NCBI GenBank assembly: GCA_046292385.1
Contig: JBKBRF010000005.1
Location: 135,744 to 199,743, forward strand
DNA: 64,000 bases
Direction: 5' to 3'
DNA from: Armatimonadota bacterium
Lineage (GTDB): Bacteria > Armatimonadota > SYMT01
The notes beneath the pieces were generated by a model, which saw nothing but the letters and a program-made list of their open reading frames with translations, searched no databases and was not told where the DNA came from. Shown piece after piece: positions 49,294 to 58,587 of this stretch. Both the position numbers and the translations under genes were made by a program. Each line of letters begins with the position of its first letter. Positions within the stretch are counted from its first letter, which is position 1.

Positions 49294-49980
49294 GTGGCCA
49301 AGGAGAACCAGGTACCACTTCCCGCGCTCGAGCGGCTCTCGACCTACATCCGCTCTCTGATCCAACTGGAACACGACGGGATAGAGTTCGTCTCGTCCCA
49401 GGACATGCAGGCCCACACCGGCGTCAGCGCGGCCCAGTTCCGGAAAGACCTCTCCTACTTTGGCGAGTTCGGCAAGCGCGGCATCGGCTACAACGTCAAG
49501 GAGCTGCACGCCCGCATCGCGCAGCTCCTCAATATCGATGAGGAACAGAACGTCCTCTTGGTCGGCGCCGGGCACCTGGGCTCGGCGCTTATTGCGTACC
49601 CCGGCTGGCGCGCCTACCGCTTCAAGATCGCGGCCGTCTTCGACCGCGACCCGGAGCGGATCGGCTCCACCATTCGCCGCCTCACCATCCACGACATCGC
49701 GGAGCTGGAGGCGGTGAACCGCACGGTCGGCGCCCGCATCGCCATCCTCGCCATCCCCGCGTGGGAGGCCCAGGGCATCGCGGAACGGTTGGTCGCCTCC
49801 GGTATCCGCGGCATCATCAACTTCGCCCCGATCAAGCTCCAGGTGCCGGAGAAGGTAGTGGTGCGGGAGGTCTGCTTCATCTGCGAGCTCGCCATCTCCT
49901 CCCACCTGATCCACCACCAGCCCGAGCCGAACGGAAGCCAGCAGCCTGCTGCTGACGCGGAGCCCGGCACGGGTGCTTAA
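49294..49980 (+). CDS. rex: Redox-sensing transcriptional repressor Rex
   Basis: RLSTYIR, QFRKDLSYFGEFGKRGIGY, VGAGHLGSAL, GIINFAP. Confidence 0.95.
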   Translation: MAKENQVPLPALERLSTYIRSLIQLEHDGIEFVSSQDMQAHTGVSAAQFRKDLSYFGEFGKRGIGYNVKELHARIAQLLNIDEEQNVLLVGAGHLGSALIAYPGWRAYRFKIAAVFDRDPERIGSTIRRLTIHDIAELEAVNRTVGARIAILAIPAWEAQGIAERLVASGIRGIINFAPIKLQVPEKVVVREVCFICELAISSHLIHHQPEPNGSQQPAADAEPGTGA

Positions 49981-50129
49981 TCCGGAGCTCCAGGTAAACC
50001 AGTCGGGAGTGGTGATCGTCCCGGCCTACGTTCCATCGTCGGCGGTGCGGTCGAACCCCGACTTTCGGGTAACCGCACTCGCGCACAGCTTTGGAGAGCC
50101 GCGGCACGAGCGCCTCGTTTGCCGCCGTG

Positions 50130-50798
50130 CTAAAGATCTCGAGCCCCGGGGGAGGTATCTCCGCAGGCTCGATCCGAGGCACGTTGATGCTCTTCCCACC
50201 GCCGCTGCAACGCCGCTGACGATGGATCTGGTTCGGGGATCGCGATACCCCAGTTGCCGGCCGGGATGCCAAACTCCCACTCCACCAACCACACAACTCC
50301 GGCTACCGAGGAATGCAGCCACCTTTCATCCTGGGCCCCCCACTCGTACCAGGACCGTAGGTAGCACCACTCACCAGGCCGGAGATACATCAACTGCAGC
50401 CGCTCCGGCATTGGCCGCTCTCTGTTGAGGCGATGGTAGGCTTTGGACCGCTGGTGCCCCGGCGGCAGGTCCAGCGTTTCTCCCGGTAGCACCTGCAAGC
50501 GCCCGAACTCGGCCGCGAGGTCGAAGAACCGCTCCAGGGCTTCCTCGTTATCTTCCGAGGTCTCCGCCAGGCCGCGCGCCCAGCCGGACTGCCAGTTCCC
50601 CGGCCGCGTCCACCAGAGCCAGGAGAGGAACTGCGAGAAGCGGGGCCGGTCTCCCTCCTCAATACCGTGAATGGTTAGCGCTGCCTCATAGCCGTTCAGA
50701 TAGTGTTCCAGCTTGAGAATGGAGCGGTCGCCCAGGTACATCTCCAGGCGAGCCCGCATCTTCTGGAGATGATCATAGACACTCCCGAGCCTCTCCAT
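50130..50798 (-). CDS. Hypothetical protein
   Basis: GGAGGA RBS; aromatic-rich helical N-terminal domain. Confidence 0.6.
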   Translation of the reverse strand: MERLGSVYDHLQKMRARLEMYLGDRSILKLEHYLNGYEAALTIHGIEEGDRPRFSQFLSWLWWTRPGNWQSGWARGLAETSEDNEEALERFFDLAAEFGRLQVLPGETLDLPPGHQRSKAYHRLNRERPMPERLQLMYLRPGEWCYLRSWYEWGAQDERWLHSSVAGVVWLVEWEFGIPAGNWGIAIPEPDPSSAALQRRWEEHQRASDRACGDTSPGARDL

Positions 50799-50867
50799 CG
50801 GGTTCCTCCCACGGCTGCCGAGCCTGCGTGACGTTGCACGGCGTCGCCGATGTGCTGGCGAGCGGAG

Positions 50868-51116
50868 CTAGGGCCAGAAGCGCTCGTAGAAGAGGGTGTC
50901 GTAGAGCGTCTTGCCGGCGAGGGTGACGGCGAGCACGGCGGCCACGAGGTTCCGCACCGGGAGCCAGTCGGCCAGGAACGGCACCGGGAGGCGGGCGACC
51001 ACCACCCAGACCAGGATGCCGACGGCGAGCGGGCGCAGGATGATCTCCAGCACGCGCAGGACGCGCCGCGCCAGGAGCAGGCTCCGCTTCACTTCCGCCG
51101 CCGACTGAGAGGGCAT
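50868..51116 (-). CDS. Small two-TM membrane protein
   Basis: Two hydrophobic segments; GKTLYDTLFYERFWP tail. Confidence 0.65.
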   Translation of the reverse strand: MPSQSAAEVKRSLLLARRVLRVLEIILRPLAVGILVWVVVARLPVPFLADWLPVRNLVAAVLAVTLAGKTLYDTLFYERFWP

Positions 51117-51136
51117 GTCAGCAAGTCCGGCGCGAG

Positions 51137-51613
51137 CTACGGGGTCTCCTTCCGCAGCTCCAGCTCTTTGCCGCAGCAGACACAGGGACCGAAGTCGCTC
51201 GCGCTGATGTCGCAGACGCGGCAGTAGTACTGCCGGCGCAGCGGGGCCGGGTCGATCTCTTTGAACGACTGGATCTCCAGCAGCATCGAGCGGGGGAAGT
51301 GGCGCGCCTTCACCTCCAGCGCCTTTCCCTGCAGCTTCGCCTCGACCAGCTTCCGGTACTCGGAGTTATCGAAGAAGGTGTAGTACTGCCCCTCCGGCAG
51401 GGCCAGCGCCCACTGCGGCTCTCGCGCGCCGGTCGACCGGGCGCCGTACTTCCGGGCGAGCTCGTCCTGCAGGGAGACGAGCTTCCCCTGGAGCGTAACC
51501 TCCTTCAGGTCCCCGTAGCTCGACTCCGGCCCCTGCGCGCGCAGCGCCCCGGCCGCCGCGGCAGTCAGGGAGAGGGCGCAGAGGGTCCACGGGAGCCAGG
51601 GGGAGTACTTCAT
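51137..51613 (-). CDS. Secreted protein with C-terminal Cys cluster (CxxC...CxxC)
   Basis: Signal peptide; YYCRVCD..GPCVCCG. Confidence 0.7.
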   Translation of the reverse strand: MKYSPWLPWTLCALSLTAAAAGALRAQGPESSYGDLKEVTLQGKLVSLQDELARKYGARSTGAREPQWALALPEGQYYTFFDNSEYRKLVEAKLQGKALEVKARHFPRSMLLEIQSFKEIDPAPLRRQYYCRVCDISASDFGPCVCCGKELELRKETP

Positions 51614-51652
51614 GGGGAATAGCCCTCTCGGCTGGTCTGGAGCGGAAGACCG

Positions 51653-51952
51653 TCAGGCCTTGTCCGTCTCGACCTGCAGATTGATCTGGCGGAGCACGCC
51701 GGCGACGCGCTCGCATTCGTCCAGGGTGCCGCTAAAGGCGACGGCGCGGCCGGTAGTATGCGCCTCGTGGGTGATCCAGACCGCCTTCTCCAGCGTGCAG
51801 CCGGTCGCCTTCTGCACCTGGAAGACCACCTGGTCATACGGATGGTAGTCGTCGTTATACAGGATCACCACCCAGGGGCTGTCGACCCGCTCTTCGAGCT
51901 GCTCCAGGATCCCCGGCGAGATCTGAATAATCGGTTCGGTCTCTACAGGCAT
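51653..51952 (-). CDS. clpS: ATP-dependent Clp protease adaptor ClpS
   Basis: VILYNDDYHPYDQV, AHTTGRAV. Confidence 0.88.
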   Translation of the reverse strand: MPVETEPIIQISPGILEQLEERVDSPWVVILYNDDYHPYDQVVFQVQKATGCTLEKAVWITHEAHTTGRAVAFSGTLDECERVAGVLRQINLQVETDKA

Positions 51953-52056
51953 CGCGACTCAACCTCTTCCGCGGCGTTGACTGCCGGACCCGACCGGCGC
52001 ACCACGGGGATTGTACTCCAAGCGCGCGCGGACCTCCAGAGGGGGAGCGCATCCCG

Positions 52057-53628
52057 TCAGCGTTCCACACGCAGCTCCACCAGAGCGAGCGTCTCGCGCT
52101 CGACCGCCCGGCGCACGGCGGCGGGAAGGTCGTCCACGCTCTCGACACACTCGGACGGCACCCCGTATGCCGCCGCCAGCGCGGTGAAGTCCGGGTTGCG
52201 CAGCTCGACTTCGCAGCGCCGCCCTTCGAAGTCGCGGTCCTGCACCCGGCGGATCAGCGTGAGCCCGGCGTCGTTCACCACCACGATCACCAGCGGCACC
52301 CGGTGCTGCGCGGCGGTGGCCAGCTCCGCCATCGTCATCTGGAAGCCGCCGTCGCCCGCCACCACGCAGACGGGCCGGTCCGGCCGCGCGAGCCGGGCGC
52401 CAATTCCGGCCGGCAGCCCGAAGCCCATGCCGACGTAAACCCCCGGGTAGAAGTAGCTGTGCGGCTCCCGGCAGACCCAGTCCATCCGGCTCCGGAATCC
52501 CGGCACGCAGACGTCCCACGCGGTCAGCGTCTCCGGCGGCAGCGCCTCCTGCAGCGCGGCGACGATTGGGTCCCGCGGGTGGGCGGACTGCCGCTCCCGC
52601 AGCTCCGGCAGGAGCGGGTCCCAGCCGGTACGGTCGCCGGGGTCGGCCTGGAGCGCCTCCCGCAGCGCTTCCAGCGCCAGCTTCGGGTCTGCGAAGAGAC
52701 CGACCTCCGGCCGGAATTCACGCCCGACCTCCCGCGCGTCGGCGTCGACTTGCACCAGGCGGCGCGGCGGGAAGAACCAGGGCCAGCGGGTGTCGACCTG
52801 CGTGAACCGCTCTCCCACCGCCAGGAGCAGGTCGTGCTCCCCGTAGGCCGCGGAGCCAGCGCCGGCGTTGCTGTCCCCGAGAGCCCATTCATGGTGCTCC
52901 GGCAGCGCGCCCTTCCCACCCACCGAAGTCACGACGGGCGCCCGCAGCAGCGCCGCGAGCGCGCCGAGCGCGCCGGAGGCATCGGCGTGGAGCACTCCAT
53001 CTCCCGCGAAGATCAGCGGACGCCGTGCCGAGCGGAGCGCGGTCGCGGCGCGCTGCACGCCAGCCGGATCCGCCGCGGCCGGCGCCACCCCGATCGTGCC
53101 CGGCAGCTCCGGATCTCCGCAGTCGGCGCCCAGGACGTCCGCCGGGATCTCCACGTGGACCGGCCCGGGGCGCCCGCGCCGCAGGTGCCGGAACGCCTCG
53201 GTGAGCAGCTCCAGCACCTGATCCGGACGGTGCGCCGCGCCGCTCCACCTGGTGATCGGCGCGAACAGCCGCTGCTGGTCCAGGCCGTGGAACAGGTCCC
53301 GGCGCAGCTCGCCTCGAAGGCGGCGCTCCGACTGCGAGGAGAGCAGCAGCAGGCGGGAGCAGTCGGTGTAGGCGCCCGCCACCGCGCTCGCCGCGTGGGT
53401 AGCGCCGGGGCCGGGCACGGTGAACGCCACGCCGACCTCGTTCCGCGCCCGCGCGTAACCGTCCGCCATCCAGCCGCCGCCCAGCTCGTGGCGCACCAGG
53501 ACGTGCCGGAGCTCCGGGACGAGGCGCAGCGCGTCGTACAGGTGCGCGTTCAGCGCGCCCGGAATGCCGAACGCCACCTCGACCCCCTGCGAAGCGAGAA
53601 ACCGAAGCACGAGCTCGCCACCTGTCAT
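52057..53628 (-). CDS. Thiamine pyrophosphate-binding protein (acetolactate synthase-like)
   Basis: FGIPG, VRHE, PGPG, MGFGLPAGIG, GDGGFQM..VVND. Confidence 0.92.
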   Translation of the reverse strand: MTGGELVLRFLASQGVEVAFGIPGALNAHLYDALRLVPELRHVLVRHELGGGWMADGYARARNEVGVAFTVPGPGATHAASAVAGAYTDCSRLLLLSSQSERRLRGELRRDLFHGLDQQRLFAPITRWSGAAHRPDQVLELLTEAFRHLRRGRPGPVHVEIPADVLGADCGDPELPGTIGVAPAAADPAGVQRAATALRSARRPLIFAGDGVLHADASGALGALAALLRAPVVTSVGGKGALPEHHEWALGDSNAGAGSAAYGEHDLLLAVGERFTQVDTRWPWFFPPRRLVQVDADAREVGREFRPEVGLFADPKLALEALREALQADPGDRTGWDPLLPELRERQSAHPRDPIVAALQEALPPETLTAWDVCVPGFRSRMDWVCREPHSYFYPGVYVGMGFGLPAGIGARLARPDRPVCVVAGDGGFQMTMAELATAAQHRVPLVIVVVNDAGLTLIRRVQDRDFEGRRCEVELRNPDFTALAAAYGVPSECVESVDDLPAAVRRAVERETLALVELRVER

Positions 53629-53650
53629 CGGCTACCTCCTCCGGCAAGCT

Positions 53651-53857
53651 GAACGAACGTGAAGCCGAATCCGAACGAACGCGAAGGCACGAAGCTCACG
53701 CGAAGGACGCGAAGGGAACCTGGAGGGGACAGGCCGCGCTGGAGTGAACTCCGCGCTACATCAGGCGAAGCCTGCCTGCGCAGGCTCACCGAACCGCGCG
53801 GGCGCGCGGGTCTCCGGCTCCCTTCGCGTTGCTTCGTCTGGAATTGCGTCCGTTCAG
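53651..53857. repeat. Inverted ACGCGAAGG-type repeats enclosing a GTAG-REP variant
   Basis: (ACGCGAAGG)-like tandem, reverse GTAG-CGCGGAGTTCACTCCAGCG, AGCCTGCCTGCGCAGGCT hairpin, CCTTCGCGTTGCTTCGT arm. Confidence 0.6.
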
Positions 53858-53863
53858 GTCTCC

Positions 53864-55171
53864 CTACTCCAGCTCCAGCGTCGTGAAGCATTCACCTCCG
53901 AAGAGGTCGAAACCCTTCACCGCGATCGTGCGTCCGCTTGTGGGGCGCGCGGGGGATTGGCGGCACAGGCCGCGGCCGCGGGCGTCTCGGAGGGAGTGCC
54001 ACTGGTGATGGAACGCGCCGACCGCCCGCCCACCGCCGCTCCAGTCGACCGCCCAGTAGTCGAGGAGGTCCAGGCCGTCTCCCGCGGCTCCGCCGCCGGC
54101 CGGCTCGAACCGCTCGACGTACACGGAGACGTGGCCGTCCGCGGTCCGCACTGCTCGAGCGGAAAGCACGCCAGCGGCCGAGACCGGGCCGATCCCTTCG
54201 CACCTGAACGGCGTTCCCGGCTCCTCGCCGTCGCCGGCCCACCGCTTGCGGGTCACGTGGACCGCCAGAGTGCTGGAATCGACCAGCAGCGACCGTCTTC
54301 CCAGGCGCGCCGCCACGGCCCCGGTGGTGCCGGAGCCGCAGAAGAAGTCGGCGACGAGGTCGCCAGGTTGGCTGTGGCCGAGGAGGATCCGCTCCAACAG
54401 CGATTCCGGCTTCTGCGTGGGGTACTTCCGGTTCTCGCGAGCGGTTGGAGACAGGATTTTCTGGACCTCTGGCCCGGTCCACCAGGTCTCCAGGGTGGCC
54501 CCCTCGTCGCGCAGCGAGTAGCGGGGGCCCTTCACCGCCGTGAGGCCGCGCTCCCGGGTGCCGGCGCTGTACGGGCGGTACTGCGGGTTGAAGGTCCAGC
54601 GCCGGCCCCGCGTGTACCAGAAGAGGTTGTCGTGCTTGCGGCGGTAGGTGGTCGCCGCGGCTCCCCCGCCGCCGTAGCCCCAGACGATTTCATTTCGGAA
54701 CCCCGGCCGGCCCGCTCCGGCCCGCTCGCCGGGCCCGAACAGCTCGTCCAGGATCACCTGCGCCAGGTGCCCCACGCGCCAGTTCACGTGGACCACCAGG
54801 CTGCCGGTCTCGGAGAGCAGCTCCCGGACCAGGGCGAGGCGGTCGTAGAGCATCTGGAGATAATCGGACGGCTCCCAGGTGTCGTCGTAGGCGATCACCT
54901 GACGAGAGCCGTTCCCCTCCCCCAGCGGCACCGTCATGGTGAACGGGTGGCCGGCGGCGAACGGCGGGTCGAGGTAGACGAGGTCGATCTTCCCCGCCAG
55001 CTCCGGTAGCAGCGCCTCCATCACCGCGAGGTTGTCCCCAAGGATGAGGCGATGGTCGGAACCGGGGCTCTCCCCGTGCAGGTCCCGGAGCTCCAGCGTC
55101 GGCGGTGACCCGACGCGGCGCGGCGCACGCTTGTGGGTCCAGGTGAGGTCGTAAGGCAGGCGGTCCGGCAT
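53864..55171 (-). CDS. Site-specific DNA methyltransferase (N6-A/N4-C, beta class, Mod-like)
   Basis: GDNL, YLDPPF (motif IV) before DFFCGSGTT (motif I), RNEIVW, YPTQKPE. Confidence 0.9.
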   Translation of the reverse strand: MPDRLPYDLTWTHKRAPRRVGSPPTLELRDLHGESPGSDHRLILGDNLAVMEALLPELAGKIDLVYLDPPFAAGHPFTMTVPLGEGNGSRQVIAYDDTWEPSDYLQMLYDRLALVRELLSETGSLVVHVNWRVGHLAQVILDELFGPGERAGAGRPGFRNEIVWGYGGGGAAATTYRRKHDNLFWYTRGRRWTFNPQYRPYSAGTRERGLTAVKGPRYSLRDEGATLETWWTGPEVQKILSPTARENRKYPTQKPESLLERILLGHSQPGDLVADFFCGSGTTGAVAARLGRRSLLVDSSTLAVHVTRKRWAGDGEEPGTPFRCEGIGPVSAAGVLSARAVRTADGHVSVYVERFEPAGGGAAGDGLDLLDYWAVDWSGGGRAVGAFHHQWHSLRDARGRGLCRQSPARPTSGRTIAVKGFDLFGGECFTTLELE

Positions 55172-55227
55172 GGTGGTCCGGTCGCCGTTCGCCCAAACGA
55201 GCCGCCGCTCCTCTGCGAAGCCTCGGA

Positions 55228-56013
55228 TCAGGCTGCCCGACGCTCCTCGCCTTCTGCCGTCTCGCCTCCGTGGGTGATCACGACCACTGGCGCGACCGGA
55301 GTCTTGCGTGTCTCGCGCGAGATCGGCTGCTCGGGCGTTGCAGGCCGGGCGAGCCGTGCTACTTCGGGCGCCGCCGCGATTCCCAGACTGACCCCGGCAG
55401 CGATGGAGAGGGTGCCTACCAGGCCCGCGAAGAGCGTCCCCACGATCCAGCCCGGCACTCCGAGCACTGACAACGCGATCAGCAGTCCGAGGTAGAGCGC
55501 CACTCCGAACGCCGCCGCGCCGAGCGCCTCCGCATACGGACGCTCCACCCAGCGGGTCCGGATCAGATCTCGCCCCGTCCGCCCGAGCAGATAGCTCCCG
55601 GCCAGTGCCAGCAGCGCCAGCCCCAATGCCTGAAGCTGAAGAGCGAGCAATTGACGCCCCACTCCGGCTGGAGTGAGCCAGAACGCCAGGAAGATGCCTG
55701 CGTATACCAGCGCGGCGAATGCGGCGAAGAGCAGCAGGCGCCGCGATTCGGGGGCGGCGAGTCCGCCGCGCAGGTCGGGCATGGCGCCACCCCGCCAGGA
55801 CCGCAGGCTCCAGCCTCGCTCGCGGAAATGCCGCCGCACGCGAGTGCCGCCCTGCCAGAGCGCCACCGCCGCGAAACCCACGATCAGAAGGCCGACCAAG
55901 ATCAGCAGCAGCGACGGGACGATCACCAGGGCCGCGGTCATCACTGCCGCGAGGCCCGCCATGGAGACCGCCTCCCATGGTGTCAAGAATCGACCGCCGC
56001 CGTCGCCCCGCAT
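55228..56013 (-). CDS. Hypothetical membrane protein
   Basis: About six hydrophobic segments; GGAGGA RBS. Confidence 0.7.
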   Translation of the reverse strand: MRGDGGGRFLTPWEAVSMAGLAAVMTAALVIVPSLLLILVGLLIVGFAAVALWQGGTRVRRHFRERGWSLRSWRGGAMPDLRGGLAAPESRRLLLFAAFAALVYAGIFLAFWLTPAGVGRQLLALQLQALGLALLALAGSYLLGRTGRDLIRTRWVERPYAEALGAAAFGVALYLGLLIALSVLGVPGWIVGTLFAGLVGTLSIAAGVSLGIAAAPEVARLARPATPEQPISRETRKTPVAPVVVITHGGETAEGEERRAA

Positions 56014-56106
56014 CGCTCATCCTCCCGGCGCCCCTCCTGCCCCGCTGCGACGTACCCGCTGGCCCGGCTAGCTGAAACCCCGGCGACAGGCCGGCGGGTC
56101 GCTCCC

Positions 56107-57051
56107 CTACTGTTGGGCGCGTGGATGGGCGGCGTCGTAGACCTTGCTGATCTGCTCCCGGGTGAGATGGGTGTAGACCTGGGTGGTGGAGAGGCTGGCG
56201 TGCCCGAGCAGCTCCTGCACGGAGCGGAGGTCGGCGCCGTTCTCCAGCAGGTGTGTCGCAAAGCTGTGGCGCAGCGAGTGTGGGGTGACCTTCTGGGAGA
56301 GGGCGGCGGCGCGCACGCACCGCTCCAGGAGCGAGCGGACGCTGCGGTCGCTGAGCGCGGTCCCGTTCTTGTTCAGGAAAACCGCCGTCGGCGGCGCCTC
56401 GCCGGGCGCCAGCGGCTTTCGGCGCGCCCGCAGCAGGGCGGACCGGCCGCGCGCCAGGTAGTCGCCCAGCGCCTCCAGCGCGGCCCGGCCCAGGAAGACG
56501 GTGCGCTCCTTCCGCCCTTTTCCGATCACGCGCAGCGGGCCCCGGCACTGGAGCACGTCGGCGACCTCCAGCGCCACCAGCTCGCTCACGCGCATCCCGG
56601 TGCTGTAGAGCGTCTCCAGCAGCGCGGCGTCTCGCAGGCCGGCAGCGGTCTCCCGGTCCGGGATCGCGAGCAGCGCCTCGATCTCCGGCGGTCGCAGCGC
56701 GTGAGGGAGTGGACGGTCGAGCTTGGGCGAGAAGACGCCGACGGTCGGGTTCCGCTCCAGGCGCCCCGTCTTGCTCAGGAACCGGAAGAAGGAGCGGATG
56801 GCGGCGAGCTTGCGGGCGGAGCTGCGCCGGGCGTAGCCGTGCTCGCTCAGGTGGAGTAAGAAGCGGCGAAGGTGGCGGTGGTCGACCCCCTCCCAGCCCT
56901 CCGGCGCCGGCTCCTGGGCTTCCAGGAAATCGACGAGCTGCAGCAGGTCTTCGGAGTAGCCCTTCAGCGTGTGCTCGGAGCAGCGCCGCGTCACCTGCAG
57001 GTAGTGGCGGAAGTCGTCCAGCGGCGCGAGCATCGGGTCGAGAGCGGGCAC
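56107..57051 (-). CDS. xerC: Tyrosine recombinase XerC
   Basis: SAM-like N-domain, LYSTGMRVSEL, GKGRKER, HSLRHSFATH, LLGHASLSTTQVY. Confidence 0.88.
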   Translation of the reverse strand: MPALDPMLAPLDDFRHYLQVTRRCSEHTLKGYSEDLLQLVDFLEAQEPAPEGWEGVDHRHLRRFLLHLSEHGYARRSSARKLAAIRSFFRFLSKTGRLERNPTVGVFSPKLDRPLPHALRPPEIEALLAIPDRETAAGLRDAALLETLYSTGMRVSELVALEVADVLQCRGPLRVIGKGRKERTVFLGRAALEALGDYLARGRSALLRARRKPLAPGEAPPTAVFLNKNGTALSDRSVRSLLERCVRAAALSQKVTPHSLRHSFATHLLENGADLRSVQELLGHASLSTTQVYTHLTREQISKVYDAAHPRAQQ

Positions 57052-57072
57052 CTGGGTCTCCGGTTCGGCGGC

Positions 57073-57381
57073 CTACCCGCGAGGGGGCGCAACGTCGAGA
57101 TCTTCAACCACATAGTCGTCGATCCGCAGCCGCATTCCCAGGCGGGCCGCCGTCTCCAGCAGCGAGAGGAACGGGCGCTGCTCCGGCGCGTGGTTCTCGA
57201 ACAGCCGCGGCGCGCGTCCGAAGAGCGCCTCGATCCCGGCCTCCAGCTCATCCCGCGTGGTCCAGGAAAGCAGCACCAGGCCCGCGGTCGCGTGCCGGGC
57301 CGCCAGCAGCGTGCCGTCCGGCCCGACCAGCACCCAGAGCGGCTGGCGCTCCTCGAACCGTGTGTAGACCTGTTCCGGCAT
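57073..57381 (-). CDS. Hypothetical protein upstream of xerC
   Basis: GGAG RBS; compact 102-aa ORF. Confidence 0.6.
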   Translation of the reverse strand: MPEQVYTRFEERQPLWVLVGPDGTLLAARHATAGLVLLSWTTRDELEAGIEALFGRAPRLFENHAPEQRPFLSLLETAARLGMRLRIDDYVVEDLDVAPPRG

Positions 57382-57483
57382 CCCACTCCATCCTGCGCTG
57401 CCGAGCGTCGCTCCCGACCCACTCTACCCGCAACTGGAACCGGCAGACGCCTCCCGGCCGTAGACTCCTGGCGCGGCAAGAAT

Positions 57484-57526
57484 AGCAAACATATATTTGC
57501 TTCCGGCTGCCCCGGCGTGGTAGAAT
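57484..57526 (+). promoter_or_regulatory. Sigma70-like promoter overlapped by a palindromic operator
   Basis: TTGCTT (57497) and TGG-TAGAAT (57521); palindrome AGCAAACATATATTTGCT at 57484-57501. Confidence 0.5.
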
Positions 57527-57569
57527 TGCGCGCTAACCGACTCCCTGAACTGGATGAGAGGCACGCTGA

Positions 57570-57773
57570 ATGGGACCGAACGAGAACCGTAAGATTCGCA
57601 CCGAAGAGCAGCCGCGGCCGGAACCGGAATGGGTCCGCGGCACCTGCCCCCGCTGCGGCGAAGAGCTCGTCTCCAACGCCTACTACGTCAGCGGCAACGG
57701 CTACCTGGTGCTCTGGGAGTGCTGGGGCTCCCTAGGAGCCGAGCCGACCTGCGACTACCGCCACGTGCTGTGA
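57570..57773 (+). CDS. Small Cys-rich (zinc-ribbon-like) protein
   Basis: CPRCG..WECW..TCDY; GAGAGG RBS; upstream promoter. Confidence 0.7.
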   Translation: MGPNENRKIRTEEQPRPEPEWVRGTCPRCGEELVSNAYYVSGNGYLVLWECWGSLGAEPTCDYRHVL

Positions 57774-57796
57774 GGGTGGGGGCGTGTAAGAAAAGG

Positions 57797-57953
57797 AGAT
57801 GAGGGGATTTCAGGGGAGATGGGGGGATTGGAACCAGATTCTCCCGTCAGCGCGACCGTTGACCACGCCAGCCGCAGCTTCGGAGTTCCGGGCGCGATGC
57901 CGGAGAAGCGCGATGTCGGGGATCCCCCTATCCCCCACATCCCCCTATCTCCC
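57797..57953. repeat. Purine/pyrimidine inverted short-repeat element
   Basis: GAGATGAGGGG/GGGGAGATGGGGGG arm versus TCCCCCTATCCCCCACATCCCCCTATCTCCC arm. Confidence 0.55.
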
Positions 57954-57996
57954 TTCTTACACGGTCCGGTCTAACGGTTGCGTTCTCGCTGGCCGG

Positions 57997-58587
57997 CTAC
58001 GCGTCACTCCAGTTGGGGCGGGGGCCGCCGTAGCCCTGGCTGTCGATGCCGAACGCGTCCGCCACGCGGTTGAAGAAGGCGAACAGGGCGGTGACGTAGA
58101 CCGCCTCGGCGATCTGGGGGTCGGTCCAACCGTGCTCGCGGAGCGCCTGCACCTCCTCGTCGGTGGTGCGGTAGGCGTGGCGGGTCACCGTCTCCACCAG
58201 CCGGAGCAGCGCACGCTCGGCGTCGGTCACCGGTGCCGCGGCCAGGTCGGCGCGGGCCAGCGCGTCTACCACCTCGTCACTCGATCCCTGCGACCGCAGG
58301 AACGCTCCGTGCGAGTCCGTTCAGTAGGGGCAGCGGTTCAGGCCGGAGACGAAGGTGGCGATCATCTCCTTGGTGCGCCGGTCCAGGTGGCCGTCGGAAA
58401 ACTGCACCGTGTTGGAGAACGCCATCACCTGGCGCAGAAAGTCCGGCCGCTGCGAGAAGCACTTCAGGATGTGCGGCACGAAGTCGCGGCCCGTCGCCGT
58501 CCGGTACTCCCGGTAGACCTCCGCCGCCTCTCCCTGCGCGTCGGCCTCCTCCACCCACTCGATCCGCGGCTTTCCCGGTTCCGGCAT
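57997..58587 (-). CDS. AhpD/carboxymuconolactone decarboxylase-like peroxidase with CxxU; probable selenoprotein
   Basis: KEMIATFVSGLNRCPY-TGA(58321-58323)-TDSHGAFL continues in frame to FFNRVADAFG; joins two track ORFs. Confidence 0.85.
58279..58320 (-). promoter_or_regulatory. Bacterial SECIS-like hairpin
   Basis: UUCCUGC-GGUC-GCAGGGA apex (loop G at +26) on ACUCG/CGAGU lower stem. Confidence 0.7.

Noticed and set aside
53864..56548. 894-aa fusion ORF
   Set aside because: The N-terminal part overlaps xerC and the membrane gene out of frame; the MTase starts at 55171.
56107..57051. Prophage or island integrase
   Set aside because: Sequence fits housekeeping XerC; no phage genes or att repeats seen.
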